Positions 19,302 through 30,001 of a DNA stretch of 64,000 nt are shown in pieces. Made by a program: the position numbers and the translations under genes. The DNA comes from Planctomycetota bacterium (GTDB lineage: Bacteria; Planctomycetota; GCA-002687715; CAIWVZ01): the NCBI GenBank assembly GCA_044222185.1, contig JBGANV010000008.1:1-64000 (forward strand), given 5' to 3'. The notes beneath the pieces were generated by a model that was not told where the DNA came from, did not search any database, and worked only from the letters and a program-made list of their open reading frames with translations. Every line of letters begins with the position of its first letter. Within the stretch, counting starts at the first letter, position 1.

Positions 19302-21035
19302 TCACCGCGCCGGACGCGAGTCGCCGGACGGGCGCGACTCCGGATTCGCGCGCGGCGGGAACTCGACGGTGACGTCGACGTTCTTGCCGCCACGGCTGAC
19401 GGTGATCGTCTTCTTCGCGGCGCCGCCTCCGTTCAATGCCTCGCGCAGTTCGTCGAGCGAGCCGACGGCGGTTCCGTCCACCTTCGTGATCTTGTCGCCG
19501 ACCTGCATGCCGGCCTTCTTGGCGAGCGATTCCTCGGAGAAGCTTCCGATCTCCAGCGAGCCGTCATCCTTCGGAGTGAATCCGAGACGGCGGCCGCCCC
19601 GCGCCATGCGCGCGCCACCGCCGCCGGTCGCGACCATGTCCTTCGGGCGCGGGATCATCTCGGGGAGGTTCGCGATGCCGAGGGCCCCGACGGCGACGAT
19701 CACGGACGTGTGCCGCTGGTACTCGGGGATCGCCGCATCGTAGGTGTCGAACTGCGTGTGGTGGGTGTGCGTGTAGTTGGCGCGGCCCTTCTGGTTCCAG
19801 AAGAAGCCCGGAACGCCCTTGGCCGTGTACGAATCCTGGTCGCTGCCGATGAACGGCGGCAGTCCCTTCACCTCACGCACCTCGAAGGGCATGTCCTTGC
19901 TCAGACTCTTGACCGGAGTGAACACAGTCTCGAAGAACGGGATCATCTCCTTCGTTCCGCCGATGCCGGAAACGTAGTTCGTTCCGCCGTCATGAACGAG
20001 GACGGCGGACACCCGCGGAAGCTCCTCCGGGTGGTCCTTGATGTAGGCGCGTGAGCCCAGCAGTCCCTGCTCCTCGCCGCTCCACAGCATGAAGCGGATC
20101 GTGCGCTTCGGCTTGGCGCCGGCCTTCGTGAGGATGCGCGCGGCCTCGATGGTCGTGGCCGTCCCCGTGCCATTGTCGGTGGTGCCCGTGGCGCCATCCC
20201 AGGAGTCGATGTGACCGCCGACGATCACCATCTCCTCCGGCTTCTCCGTACCCTTCAGCTCGGCGATCACGTTGTAGACGGGGATCGGACCCTGCTTGAA
20301 GCGGTTCTGGATGTCGAAGCCGAGTTCGACCTTCTCCCCGGCCTTCAGGCGGGACTTCAGCGCGTCGTAGGCCGCGCCGAGGAGGTTCACGCGGGGCAGC
20401 TTGGGAAGCTCCTCCCAATTCGTCTCGTGGTTTCCGCTGGTCAGAAGCAGGTCGGCGCCGAGCATTCCCGCCCCGCTCGAGACGACGCCGAGAGCGCCCT
20501 CGGATTCGCACAGCTCCGTCAGGTCCTTGCCGCGAAGCTTCGCGCCCGACTGCGTGACGATCCACGCGCCCTTGACCTTCGCCTTGAATGCGCCAGCGTC
20601 CGCATCATCGTCGTAGACGAGGACGGCGGGACCGCGCAGGAGGCCGTTCGTGCCCGGGGTCCAGGCGTTGGTGTTGAACACGACCGGGTCTGATTTCGTC
20701 GCCCCGTCGGCGGAGTAGTAGATGAACCCCTGGTGGACGCCTCGGTCGAACCCGACCTTGATCTCGCCCCACTGGACGAGCTTCGCCTCGAGACCGTAGC
20801 TCGCGAAGGTGTCGCGCGCCCATTCGCAAGCCTGGGTGAGGCGCTCGGATCCGGTCAGCCGCGGACCGATCTTGTTCACGAGGTGGTCGAGCGTCTCCAT
20901 CACCTTGCTGTTCCTCTCTCCCTCCTCGACGATCTTCTCGATCATCTCGGGCGGTGCCTGGGCGAGGGTCCAGGTCACGAGGCACGCGGACAGGAGCAAC
21001 GTGCGGAAAAGACGCGATGGCAACGTGCTTGGCAT
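19302..21035 (-). CDS. Exported M28 family amino/carboxypeptidase with C-terminal PDZ domain
   Basis: GPRLTGS, GGHIDSWD, DNGTG, GEEQGLLGS, HHTQFD. PDZ: RLGF..A.KAGMQVGDKITKVDG. Confidence 0.9.
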   Translation of the reverse strand: MPSTLPSRLFRTLLLSACLVTWTLAQAPPEMIEKIVEEGERNSKVMETLDHLVNKIGPRLTGSERLTQACEWARDTFASYGLEAKLVQWGEIKVGFDRGVHQGFIYYSADGATKSDPVVFNTNAWTPGTNGLLRGPAVLVYDDDADAGAFKAKVKGAWIVTQSGAKLRGKDLTELCESEGALGVVSSGAGMLGADLLLTSGNHETNWEELPKLPRVNLLGAAYDALKSRLKAGEKVELGFDIQNRFKQGPIPVYNVIAELKGTEKPEEMVIVGGHIDSWDGATGTTDNGTGTATTIEAARILTKAGAKPKRTIRFMLWSGEEQGLLGSRAYIKDHPEELPRVSAVLVHDGGTNYVSGIGGTKEMIPFFETVFTPVKSLSKDMPFEVREVKGLPPFIGSDQDSYTAKGVPGFFWNQKGRANYTHTHHTQFDTYDAAIPEYQRHTSVIVAVGALGIANLPEMIPRPKDMVATGGGGARMARGGRRLGFTPKDDGSLEIGSFSEESLAKKAGMQVGDKITKVDGTAVGSLDELREALNGGGAAKKTITVSRGGKNVDVTVEFPPRANPESRPSGDSRPAR

Positions 21036-21153
21036 GAGTGGGGCTCCGGCTCGATTGGGCGAGCAGACTATCACCTAACGCTCGAGTTGGCGGTTTTCCT
21101 CCCCGCATCCCGCCTTGGAGCGGCGGACCCGGTCCGTAACATCGCCCTTCCCG

Positions 21154-22743
<1,590 letters not shown>

Positions 22744-22797
22744 CTCGCCCGCTTCGCGACGCGGTCGCGACGAAGTCGTGACGACGCGTCGACTCGG

Positions 22798-22984
22798 GGA
22801 GGAGCGCCGCGTCCTCCGCCGTCTCCGCGGGGAACGGCCGGATCACCGCGCCTCTCGCGCGGGCCAACGGGACGTCGCGTGCGGTCCGGCGCGCGATCAC
22901 ACACGCCGGCATGATCGTCGCGGGCGCCCCGGCGCATCGCCCCCCGCCCGACCGCAGGCCCCGGCATCGCCACGGTCGTCCGGA
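22798..22984 (+). repeat. Dispersed structured intergenic repeat, locus 2 (inverted relative to loci 1 and 3; one hairpin unit plus body)
   Basis: 22798-22862 GGAGGAGCGCCG..CCGCCGTCTC.GCGGGG..CGGCC.GATC.CCGCGC.TCTCGCGCGG matches the reverse complement of the 42566-42629 unit. Similarity to locus 1 continues to CGGTCGTCCGG near 22984. Confidence 0.75.
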
Positions 22985-23346
22985 CGCGGTGCTCAAGGCA
23001 CTGCGATCCAGTGGTGCTCCCGGAGAACGGCCGGAGCCGTCTCCAGCCTCGCGACTGTTGACGACTCACGCAACGTACAGGCGACCCGGCCGGTCGAGAA
23101 CCCCGGCTGGCGCCGCGGTCGTGCCCAGATCTCTCGCCGCCACCCCCGCGGAACACGGCTCACGCGGGAGGTTTCTCCGCGGGGCCGCCGCGTGGGCGTC
23201 CTTCGGTGACACCCCATCCAATGACGATCACGTGAGGGGATCCGACCTGCGTTGGAGGGGAGCTTCGCGAAGCGCGCTCCGCACGGTGATCGCGCCTTGG
23301 GGCGCATCAACGTCCCCCGCAACCGGTGATAAGCTGCGCCCCTCCC

Positions 23347-24759
23347 TTGCTGTTCAATTCGCTGACGTTCATCGCCTTCTTCGTGGTCGTCCTCGGCGTC
23401 CAGCGAACCCGGATCCCCTGGGCGCTGAAGAAGGCACTGCTTCTCGCCGCAAGCTGGCTGTTCTACTCAGCCGCCCGGCCCGAGCTCCTCGTCCTGCTGA
23501 TCGCCTCGACGGTCGGCAACTGGGGCGCGGGCCGCGCGATCGCGGCCGCGTCCACGAATCGCGCCCGTCGCGCCTGGCTCGTGCTCGCCATCCTCCTGAA
23601 TGCCGGGACGCTCGCCACGTTCAAGTACAGCCACTTTCTCGTGGACAATCTGGCGATCGCGGCACAGGCCCTCGGCATCCACTGGACGCCGCCCGAGTTC
23701 TCGCTCCCGCTTCCCGTAGGTGTCTCGTTCTACACGTTCCAGGCACTGAGCTACGTCATCGACATCTATCGCGGGCAGCTCGCGCCCAGTCGCTCGCTCC
23801 TCGATTTCTCGCTCTACGCGGCGTTCTTCCCACACCTCGTCGCGGGACCGATCGTGCGGGCGTCGCTGTTCCTTCCCCAGCTCGAAGTGGAGCATCGGCC
23901 CACGGCCGCCGAGTTCGAGCGCGGCGCGTTCCTCTTCGTGTTCGGCTTGTTCCAGAAAGTCGTACTCGCGGATGCGCTGCTCGCTCCCGTCGCAGACGCC
24001 GTGTTCGCCACGGGCGCGCAGCCGGACTTCGTCGCGTCCTGGTGTGGCACCTTTGCGTTCACGGGCCAGATCTTCTGCGACTTCGCCGGGTACACGACCG
24101 CCGCCATCGGCGCCGCGGCCATGCTCGGCTTCACGCTGAACGAGAACTTCCGCCGCCCCTACGGCGCGTCCACGTTCTCCGACTTCTGGCACCGCTGGCA
24201 CATCAGCCTCTCGTCGTGGTTGCGCGACTACCTCTACTTCCCGCTGGGCGGCAGCCGCCTCGGCCGCGTCCGCACCTACGTCAACATCATGGTCGTGATG
24301 CTGATCGGCGGACTCTGGCACGGCGCGTCGTGGACGTTCGTCGTGTGGGGGGGATTGAACGGCCTCTTCATCACGCTCGAACGGATGTTCGATGCGCAGC
24401 ACGCGCCCAAATCGGCCGCGGCCCGCACGGCGCGATGGATCCTCACGATCTTCGGCGTCGCCGTCGCCCGCGTGTTCTTCCGTTCGCGCGACTTCGGTGC
24501 CGCCATGACCGTCTTCAATGGACTTCTCGGACGCACGCCGTCCGCGGGCGCGCTTCACCTGGATTCGGCGTCGATCCTCAGCGCCGTCACCGTCACGTCC
24601 GGCGTGATCCTCGCGCACCGGCTCGCACCGGACCTCTCACTCGACCGCCTGACCGAGCGACTCCCCCGTCCGTGTCTCGCGGCGGCACTGTCGATCTGCT
24701 TCATCTCGTTCGTCGTCCTCGCCAGACCCGATCGCGCATTCATCTACTTCCAATTCTGA
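23347..24759 (+). CDS. MBOAT family O-acyltransferase (AlgI/PatA/DltB-like)
   Basis: TTG start gives MLFNSLTF; LPVGVSFYTFQ, FFPHLVAGPI, DFAGY, ENF..PY, FWHRWHISLSSWLRDY, GLWHGA, terminal FIYFQF. Confidence 0.93.
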   Translation: MLFNSLTFIAFFVVVLGVQRTRIPWALKKALLLAASWLFYSAARPELLVLLIASTVGNWGAGRAIAAASTNRARRAWLVLAILLNAGTLATFKYSHFLVDNLAIAAQALGIHWTPPEFSLPLPVGVSFYTFQALSYVIDIYRGQLAPSRSLLDFSLYAAFFPHLVAGPIVRASLFLPQLEVEHRPTAAEFERGAFLFVFGLFQKVVLADALLAPVADAVFATGAQPDFVASWCGTFAFTGQIFCDFAGYTTAAIGAAAMLGFTLNENFRRPYGASTFSDFWHRWHISLSSWLRDYLYFPLGGSRLGRVRTYVNIMVVMLIGGLWHGASWTFVVWGGLNGLFITLERMFDAQHAPKSAAARTARWILTIFGVAVARVFFRSRDFGAAMTVFNGLLGRTPSAGALHLDSASILSAVTVTSGVILAHRLAPDLSLDRLTERLPRPCLAAALSICFISFVVLARPDRAFIYFQF

Positions 24760-24760
24760 C

Positions 24761-25774
24761 GTGAACACCTCCGCTCGCACTCGCATCGGGACCTGGATCG
24801 CCGCGGCGACCTTCGCCGCCCTGTCGCTCGCCGCCTACGAGTTCTTCCTGCGCTCCCGCGGAGTCAGGCCGTCCGTGACCGACGACAAGGAGCTGTGGTG
24901 CTCAGAGCGTTCGCGGGCGTGCGACAACCCGAGGGTGCTCGCGCTCTGCGGCGCGTCGCGCATCCAGCTCGGTTTCTCGCTGGACGAGGCACGCGACGTA
25001 GCGCCCGACCTCGACGTCGTGCAACTCGCCATCGACGGCACCAACGGAGTCGCGAGTTTCCGCGAACTCGCGAACGACGAGACGTTCCGCGGCACGGCAC
25101 TCTTCTCCGTCCTTCCGGCCGTGTTCTCCCGTCGCGTCTGGAACGACCAGATGCCGTGGGTCGCGCGACGCGCCGCGGGCTGGACGTCGAACGACGACCT
25201 GAATCGCCGCTGGAGATCGAACCTCCAGGAGACCTTCTCGGTCCTCGCCCCGGAAGCCGAACTCTCACGAGTCGTGGGCCGGCTGTGGCAGCGCGGCGAG
25301 TTCCCCGAACAGCACACGGTCCTTCACGCCGACCGCTTCCGGATCGCCGACTACTCCGAACTTCCGCTCCAGGCCTACGCCGCATTCCGCCTGGAGCGCG
25401 ATCGACGCGGACTCACGGGTTCACCCAAGGGCGCGGACTATGGCCAGTGGCTTCGAGACGTCGATGGCGTCGAAGAGATGACGCGCAAGATCCGCGCACG
25501 AGGGGGATCGGTCGTGATCTTCCACGACCACCTCTCCGGCGAATACCGGCGCGTCTACGAGGAGGCCTACCCGCGCGACAGGTTCTGGAACGTCATCGTG
25601 CAACGGTCCTCCGCCATCTGCATCGACGCCAAGGACGTTCCGGAGATCGACGCCCTCGAATGTCCGGACGGGTCGCACATCGACGTCCAGGATGCGCCCC
25701 GCTTCACCCGCGCGCTGCTGCGCGAGATGCGGCAGCGCGGGGCCGTTCAGTGGACGGCGGTCGTTCGGCGATGA
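24761..25774 (+). CDS. Membrane-anchored SGNH-like partner of the MBOAT (AlgJ/DltD-like)
   Basis: Starts 1 bp after the MBOAT stop; N-terminal TM helix, G-A-S-R nucleophile block, DGSH (DxxH). Confidence 0.72.
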   Translation: MNTSARTRIGTWIAAATFAALSLAAYEFFLRSRGVRPSVTDDKELWCSERSRACDNPRVLALCGASRIQLGFSLDEARDVAPDLDVVQLAIDGTNGVASFRELANDETFRGTALFSVLPAVFSRRVWNDQMPWVARRAAGWTSNDDLNRRWRSNLQETFSVLAPEAELSRVVGRLWQRGEFPEQHTVLHADRFRIADYSELPLQAYAAFRLERDRRGLTGSPKGADYGQWLRDVDGVEEMTRKIRARGGSVVIFHDHLSGEYRRVYEEAYPRDRFWNVIVQRSSAICIDAKDVPEIDALECPDGSHIDVQDAPRFTRALLREMRQRGAVQWTAVVRR

Positions 25775-26261
25775 GCCGTCCGCGTAGCAACGCGAGCGCA
25801 CGCTTGACGCGGGTCCTGACGGTTTCCGGCGGAATGCCGAGGGTCGCCGCGACGTGGCGAACGGGAAGGTCGCGGTAGTAGCGCAGGAGGATCACGGTCC
25901 GATAGGGCTCGTCGAGCCCGAGGACCGCATCGAGCATCGCGCGGCGCGCCAGGTCCGCGGCGACGTCGTCGGCCGCCGACGGCACGGCCTCGGGACGCGC
26001 GACGCCTGCCTCCCGAGCGGCCCGCCGCGCTCCCGCACGTAGAAACACGGTTGCGAGGTTGCGCGTGACGACGGCGAGCCAGGAGACGGCCGCCTCCGCC
26101 GCATCCGGCGGATGCAGAAGCGAACGGAGCCACGTCTCCTGAGCGACGTCGTCCGCCAGGTGCTCGTCCGCGAGCATGGAACGCGCCAGCCGCCGCACGG
26201 CGGCGTCGTGCACCAGCAGGTCGCGGATCCTTGGTTTTCGAGGAGCAGGGTCGGACGCCAT
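25704..26261 (-). CDS. ECF sigma-70 factor
   Basis: Region 2 ADDVAQETWL..SWL..V.RN and region 4 L.EPYR.V..LRYY..VAATLGIPPETVRTRVKRA. Confidence 0.85.
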   Translation of the reverse strand: MASDPAPRKPRIRDLLVHDAAVRRLARSMLADEHLADDVAQETWLRSLLHPPDAAEAAVSWLAVVTRNLATVFLRAGARRAAREAGVARPEAVPSAADDVAADLARRAMLDAVLGLDEPYRTVILLRYYRDLPVRHVAATLGIPPETVRTRVKRALALLRGRLIAERPPSTERPRAAASRAAARG

Positions 26262-26415
26262 CGAGTTCAAAGACGCCGCGGACGCGGGGAGCGGTTCATG
26301 GAATTCGCGATTCCGCCGTCGCAACCACGGATCTCGAAGGGTACCGAACCGATTTCGCCATCGGTGGCGTCCTCCGTTCCGACGCCCCGATGCGGGTGTC
26401 CAGGGAGCCCTCCGC

Positions 26416-27123
26416 ATGCATTCCGTCTCGATCGCCGACGTTGGATTCGCACTCCAGGCCGCCACTTCGCAGCCGACTTCGCGCCCCACTGGGAGGATCG
26501 TCCGGGGTTTCCTCGACTTCCTCCCCACGACCGGCTGGGTCGGGCTCGTCTTGCTCGCGCTCCTGCTCGCCGGCATCGTTCTCACGGTCCGGCGACGATT
26601 GGCGTTGAGCAAGGCACGCCTCGCGCCACCGGAGTCGATCCGCCGCCTTCAGCAGGCCGTGCAGAAGCGCGATCTCGCCACGATCCAGGATCTCGGGAGC
26701 GGCGGAGGTGACGTCCTCTTGCGACTCGTCCGAGCCGCAGTCGCCCGCAGCAGCGGCGAGACCGCCGACCGACTGGAGGCACTCGACGATGCCGTCCAGC
26801 GCGAGACCTCCTCGCTCCAAGACGGCGCGAGGAGCCTCCTCCGCCTGGCCATCATCTCGACGCTGCTGGGAGCGTTCGGGACCACCGCGAGCCTGATCGC
26901 AGGCTTCCAGATGCTGGCGATCCTGAAGGCGCCGAACCCGTCGGACTACGCCACCGTCGTCGCGGAAGGGCTGGCGAGCCTCGCCTTCGGCCTGCTCTTC
27001 GGCGTCCTGCTCGTCGTCGCGTTCTTCTGGATCCGCGGCCGCGCCGTCGCCGTGATGTCGACCGTCGCCATGGAGGCCGAGACCATCGTCCGCCTCGTGC
27101 CCGAGCCCCCGAATCCCGCATGA
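26416..27123 (+). CDS. MotA/TolQ/ExbB proton-channel family protein
   Basis: TM1, cytoplasmic helical loop, then ISTLLGAFGTT.SLIAGF and VAEGLASLAFGL. GGGAG RBS. Confidence 0.75.
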   Translation: MHSVSIADVGFALQAATSQPTSRPTGRIVRGFLDFLPTTGWVGLVLLALLLAGIVLTVRRRLALSKARLAPPESIRRLQQAVQKRDLATIQDLGSGGGDVLLRLVRAAVARSSGETADRLEALDDAVQRETSSLQDGARSLLRLAIISTLLGAFGTTASLIAGFQMLAILKAPNPSDYATVVAEGLASLAFGLLFGVLLVVAFFWIRGRAVAVMSTVAMEAETIVRLVPEPPNPA

Positions 27124-27234
27124 AATGAGATAGGATCTCACGCCGCCAGCGGCGGATGAAAGAAAGCATGCCCGCGAGCATTGGAAGCTCATGGCCTGCG
27201 ATCCCTCGTTCCGCTCCTGCGTGAAGGTCCGTGC

Positions 27235-28722
27235 ATGAGAATCTGGTTCCCTGCGTTCGTCGCTCTTTCGTCGATCCTCGTCCACGGCCAGGAGTCCCGC
27301 CCTTCCGAGTTCCGGTTCGCGCTCGAGAACGTGCTCGGGACCAGCATGGAACTTGCGATCATCGCGCCCGATGAACCGACCGCGAAGTCGCTCGAAGGCC
27401 AGGTGCGCGGCGAGATCGACCGCCTCGCGGCGATCCTCAGCTCTCACGATCCCGCAAGCGAATGGCGAAAGCTCCTGGCGTCAGGTGGGACGCAGCCCGT
27501 TTCCGCCGACCTGAAGTCCGTCCTGGAAGCCTGCGACCGCTGGCGTGAATCCTCTCATGGCGCGTTCCACCCGGGCGTCGGGCGCGTGACCGCGCTGTGG
27601 TCCGCCGCGCAGAAGACCGGAACGCTCCCGGCCGACGCCGATCTCGTCGCCGCCAGGTCCGCCCTCGAGGCGGCGCCCTGGACCCTCGACACAGCGGCGT
27701 CCACGGCCACCGTGTCGGCCGGCGCCAACCTGACACTCGATGCCCTCGCGAAGGGCTACATCATCGACAAGGCGTCCATGAAGCGCGGTCGCGGAGCGAC
27801 GGTCTCCATGCTCGAGATCGGGGGCGATCTGCGTCTTCGGGGCCGCACGCAGCGACTGATCGCGGTGCGCGATCCGCGCAAGCCTGCGGACAACTCCACG
27901 CCGCTCGCGACGGTGCGGCTGAAGGCGCGCGGCCTCGCGACGAGCGGCGGTTACCAGCGCTTCTTCGACGTCGGCGGAAGGAAGTACTCCCACATCATCG
28001 ACCCGCGAACTGCGCGCCCGACGGAGAAGGTCCTCGGTGCCACCGTCATCGCGAAGGACGCCACGACGGCGGACGCGCTCGCGACGGCATTGTGCGTGCT
28101 CGATCCCGCCGAAGGGCTTGCGCTCGTGGCTGCCACGGAGGAATCCGACTGCATCATCGTCGCCGCCGATGGGACCGCGCACACGAGCCCGCATTGGAAC
28201 TCCTACGTCGTTCCTGATGACACGGCGAAGCGGATGAAGGACGGCGTCGCGTGGCTTGCGGGCGGCACGTTCGTCGTCCGCTTCGAGATCCGCGCGCCCG
28301 AGGATGCGGGCGGGGGCGAGCGACGAGGCGGGTACCGGCGCCCGTACGTGGCCGTCTGGGTCGAGACCAAGGAACAGCATCCCGTCCGCACGCTCTGCCT
28401 TTGGATGCAGGAGGCGAAGTGGCTGAACGATCTCCGCCGCTGGAGTCGCCTCCACAAGGAGCGCCGCAGCTTCGCCGACGAGATCTCACAGGCGACGCGA
28501 AAGCCTGGCGCCTACGAGCTCGAGTGGGATGGGCGCGACGACGACGGCGTGCCGCTTCCCGCCGGGGATTACGTGATCCACATCGAAGCGGTGCGGGAAC
28601 ACGGCACCTACCAGCACATGTCGCAGCCGGTGACCGTCGGCGGCGAGTCGTTCGAGAAGACACTGGGGGGCAACGCGGAGATCAAATCGGCGACGATCAC
28701 GTACCAGACCAGGAGCCGTTGA
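27235..28722 (+). CDS. apbE: FAD:protein FMN transferase (ApbE) fused to DUF2271
   Basis: LGTS, DALAKGYIID, ATSGGYQR, SHIIDPRT, ADALAT. C-terminal YRRPYVAVW..DL.RW..DEISQATRKPG..WDG..EAVREHG. Confidence 0.9.
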   Translation: MRIWFPAFVALSSILVHGQESRPSEFRFALENVLGTSMELAIIAPDEPTAKSLEGQVRGEIDRLAAILSSHDPASEWRKLLASGGTQPVSADLKSVLEACDRWRESSHGAFHPGVGRVTALWSAAQKTGTLPADADLVAARSALEAAPWTLDTAASTATVSAGANLTLDALAKGYIIDKASMKRGRGATVSMLEIGGDLRLRGRTQRLIAVRDPRKPADNSTPLATVRLKARGLATSGGYQRFFDVGGRKYSHIIDPRTARPTEKVLGATVIAKDATTADALATALCVLDPAEGLALVAATEESDCIIVAADGTAHTSPHWNSYVVPDDTAKRMKDGVAWLAGGTFVVRFEIRAPEDAGGGERRGGYRRPYVAVWVETKEQHPVRTLCLWMQEAKWLNDLRRWSRLHKERRSFADEISQATRKPGAYELEWDGRDDDGVPLPAGDYVIHIEAVREHGTYQHMSQPVTVGGESFEKTLGGNAEIKSATITYQTRSR

Positions 28723-28726
28723 TCCC

Positions 28727-29326
28727 GTGGAGCTGAACCGCGCGATCCACAAGGCCATCCGCTGGATCCACGTCTACCTGTCCCTGCTCGGGTTCTTCGC
28801 CCTGTTCTTCTTCGCCGTCACGGGGCTCACCTTGAATCACGCCGCGTGGTTCGAGGGCGACGAGTCGAAAGCCTCGGAGTTCTCGGGGACGATCGACGCG
28901 GGACTCGTCGCACCGGAGTTGTCGAAGACCGCGATCGATCGCCTGAAGGTCGCCGAATGGCTACGCAGTCGACACGCGTTGCGGGGAATCGTTCACGACT
29001 TCCTCGTCGACGAGGATGCGTGCACCGTGGTCTTCAAGGGCCCGGGCTACACGGCCGATGCGAGCATCGATCGCTCCAACGGAACCTACAAGGTCTTCGT
29101 CACCGCCCGCGGTGCCATGTCGATCCTCGACGACCTCCACAAAGGCCGCGACTCGGGCCCGGTCTGGTCCTGGGTCGTCGACGTCTCGGCCGTCGTGATG
29201 ACGATCGCGGCGGTGACGGGCCTGTGGCTCGTGTTCTACGTGCGGCGGTGGCGAACGGCCGGGCTCTGGCTCACGCTGCTCGGCACGCTCGCCGTGTGCG
29301 CGGCATACGTCCTCGGTGTGCGCTGA
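28727..29326 (+). CDS. PepSY-associated TM helix protein (PepSY_TM-like)
   Basis: RWIH.YLS..FFAVTG.TLNH, F.GPGY, DLHKGRDSG..W..VVD.SA motifs. Confidence 0.88.
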   Translation: MELNRAIHKAIRWIHVYLSLLGFFALFFFAVTGLTLNHAAWFEGDESKASEFSGTIDAGLVAPELSKTAIDRLKVAEWLRSRHALRGIVHDFLVDEDACTVVFKGPGYTADASIDRSNGTYKVFVTARGAMSILDDLHKGRDSGPVWSWVVDVSAVVMTIAAVTGLWLVFYVRRWRTAGLWLTLLGTLAVCAAYVLGVR

Positions 29327-29413
29327 GGGCGCTCACCGGCGAAAACTCCCGCCCGCGCAGCGAAACCATCGTCGTTTGACGTCGGTCGCGACGTCGGCCA
29401 AGATCTGCCCTCG

Positions 29414-29998
29414 ATGGACCCGGCGGCGGAGTTCCTCGAACGATGGCAGCGGGACGGAGATCCGGAAGCGCTGGATTCGTTGCTGCGCATCGAGGTCATG
29501 GCCCTGAAGGAGCAGCTGCGCAACCGCGGCCGTACCATGCTCGGAACGTCGGTCGCGCCGAGCGACGTCGCGCAGGAGGCGGTCCTTCGCCTCCTCAGTC
29601 TCGAGAACCCGCCCGAGTTCGACGATCCCAAGGCCTTCCGTGGATACCTGTGGACTGCGGCCTGGCGACTCCTGCTTCAGCGCCTCCGCAAGCCCGCTCG
29701 GCAAGTGTTCCGTGTCGACACGACGACGTCGCACGCCGCCGACGAGTTCGTCGCGGACGCGACGCGCGCGGGCGCTGACGGCGAACCGACCGACGACGCC
29801 GCTGCGGTCACTCTCGCCATGAACCTCATGAGCGACGACGAGCAGCACGTTCTCCGCCTCGTCTACTTCGATGGCCTCAACCTGGACGACGCTGCGGGCC
29901 GTCTGGGGCTCTCGAAGGAGGCCGTCAACATGCGGCTCGTGCGCGCTCGGCGGAAGCTGGCGCGCAAGCTGACGGAGTGGACGCGGCTCGTCGGGTGA
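29414..29998 (+). CDS. ECF sigma-70 factor (kinase-associated type)
   Basis: GDPEALDSL, SDVAQEA, FRGYL, region 4 EQHVLRLVYFDGL..AAGRLG..AVNMRLVRARRKL. Confidence 0.88.
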   Translation: MDPAAEFLERWQRDGDPEALDSLLRIEVMALKEQLRNRGRTMLGTSVAPSDVAQEAVLRLLSLENPPEFDDPKAFRGYLWTAAWRLLLQRLRKPARQVFRVDTTTSHAADEFVADATRAGADGEPTDDAAAVTLAMNLMSDDEQHVLRLVYFDGLNLDDAAGRLGLSKEAVNMRLVRARRKLARKLTEWTRLVG

Positions 29999-30001
29999 GC
30001 G

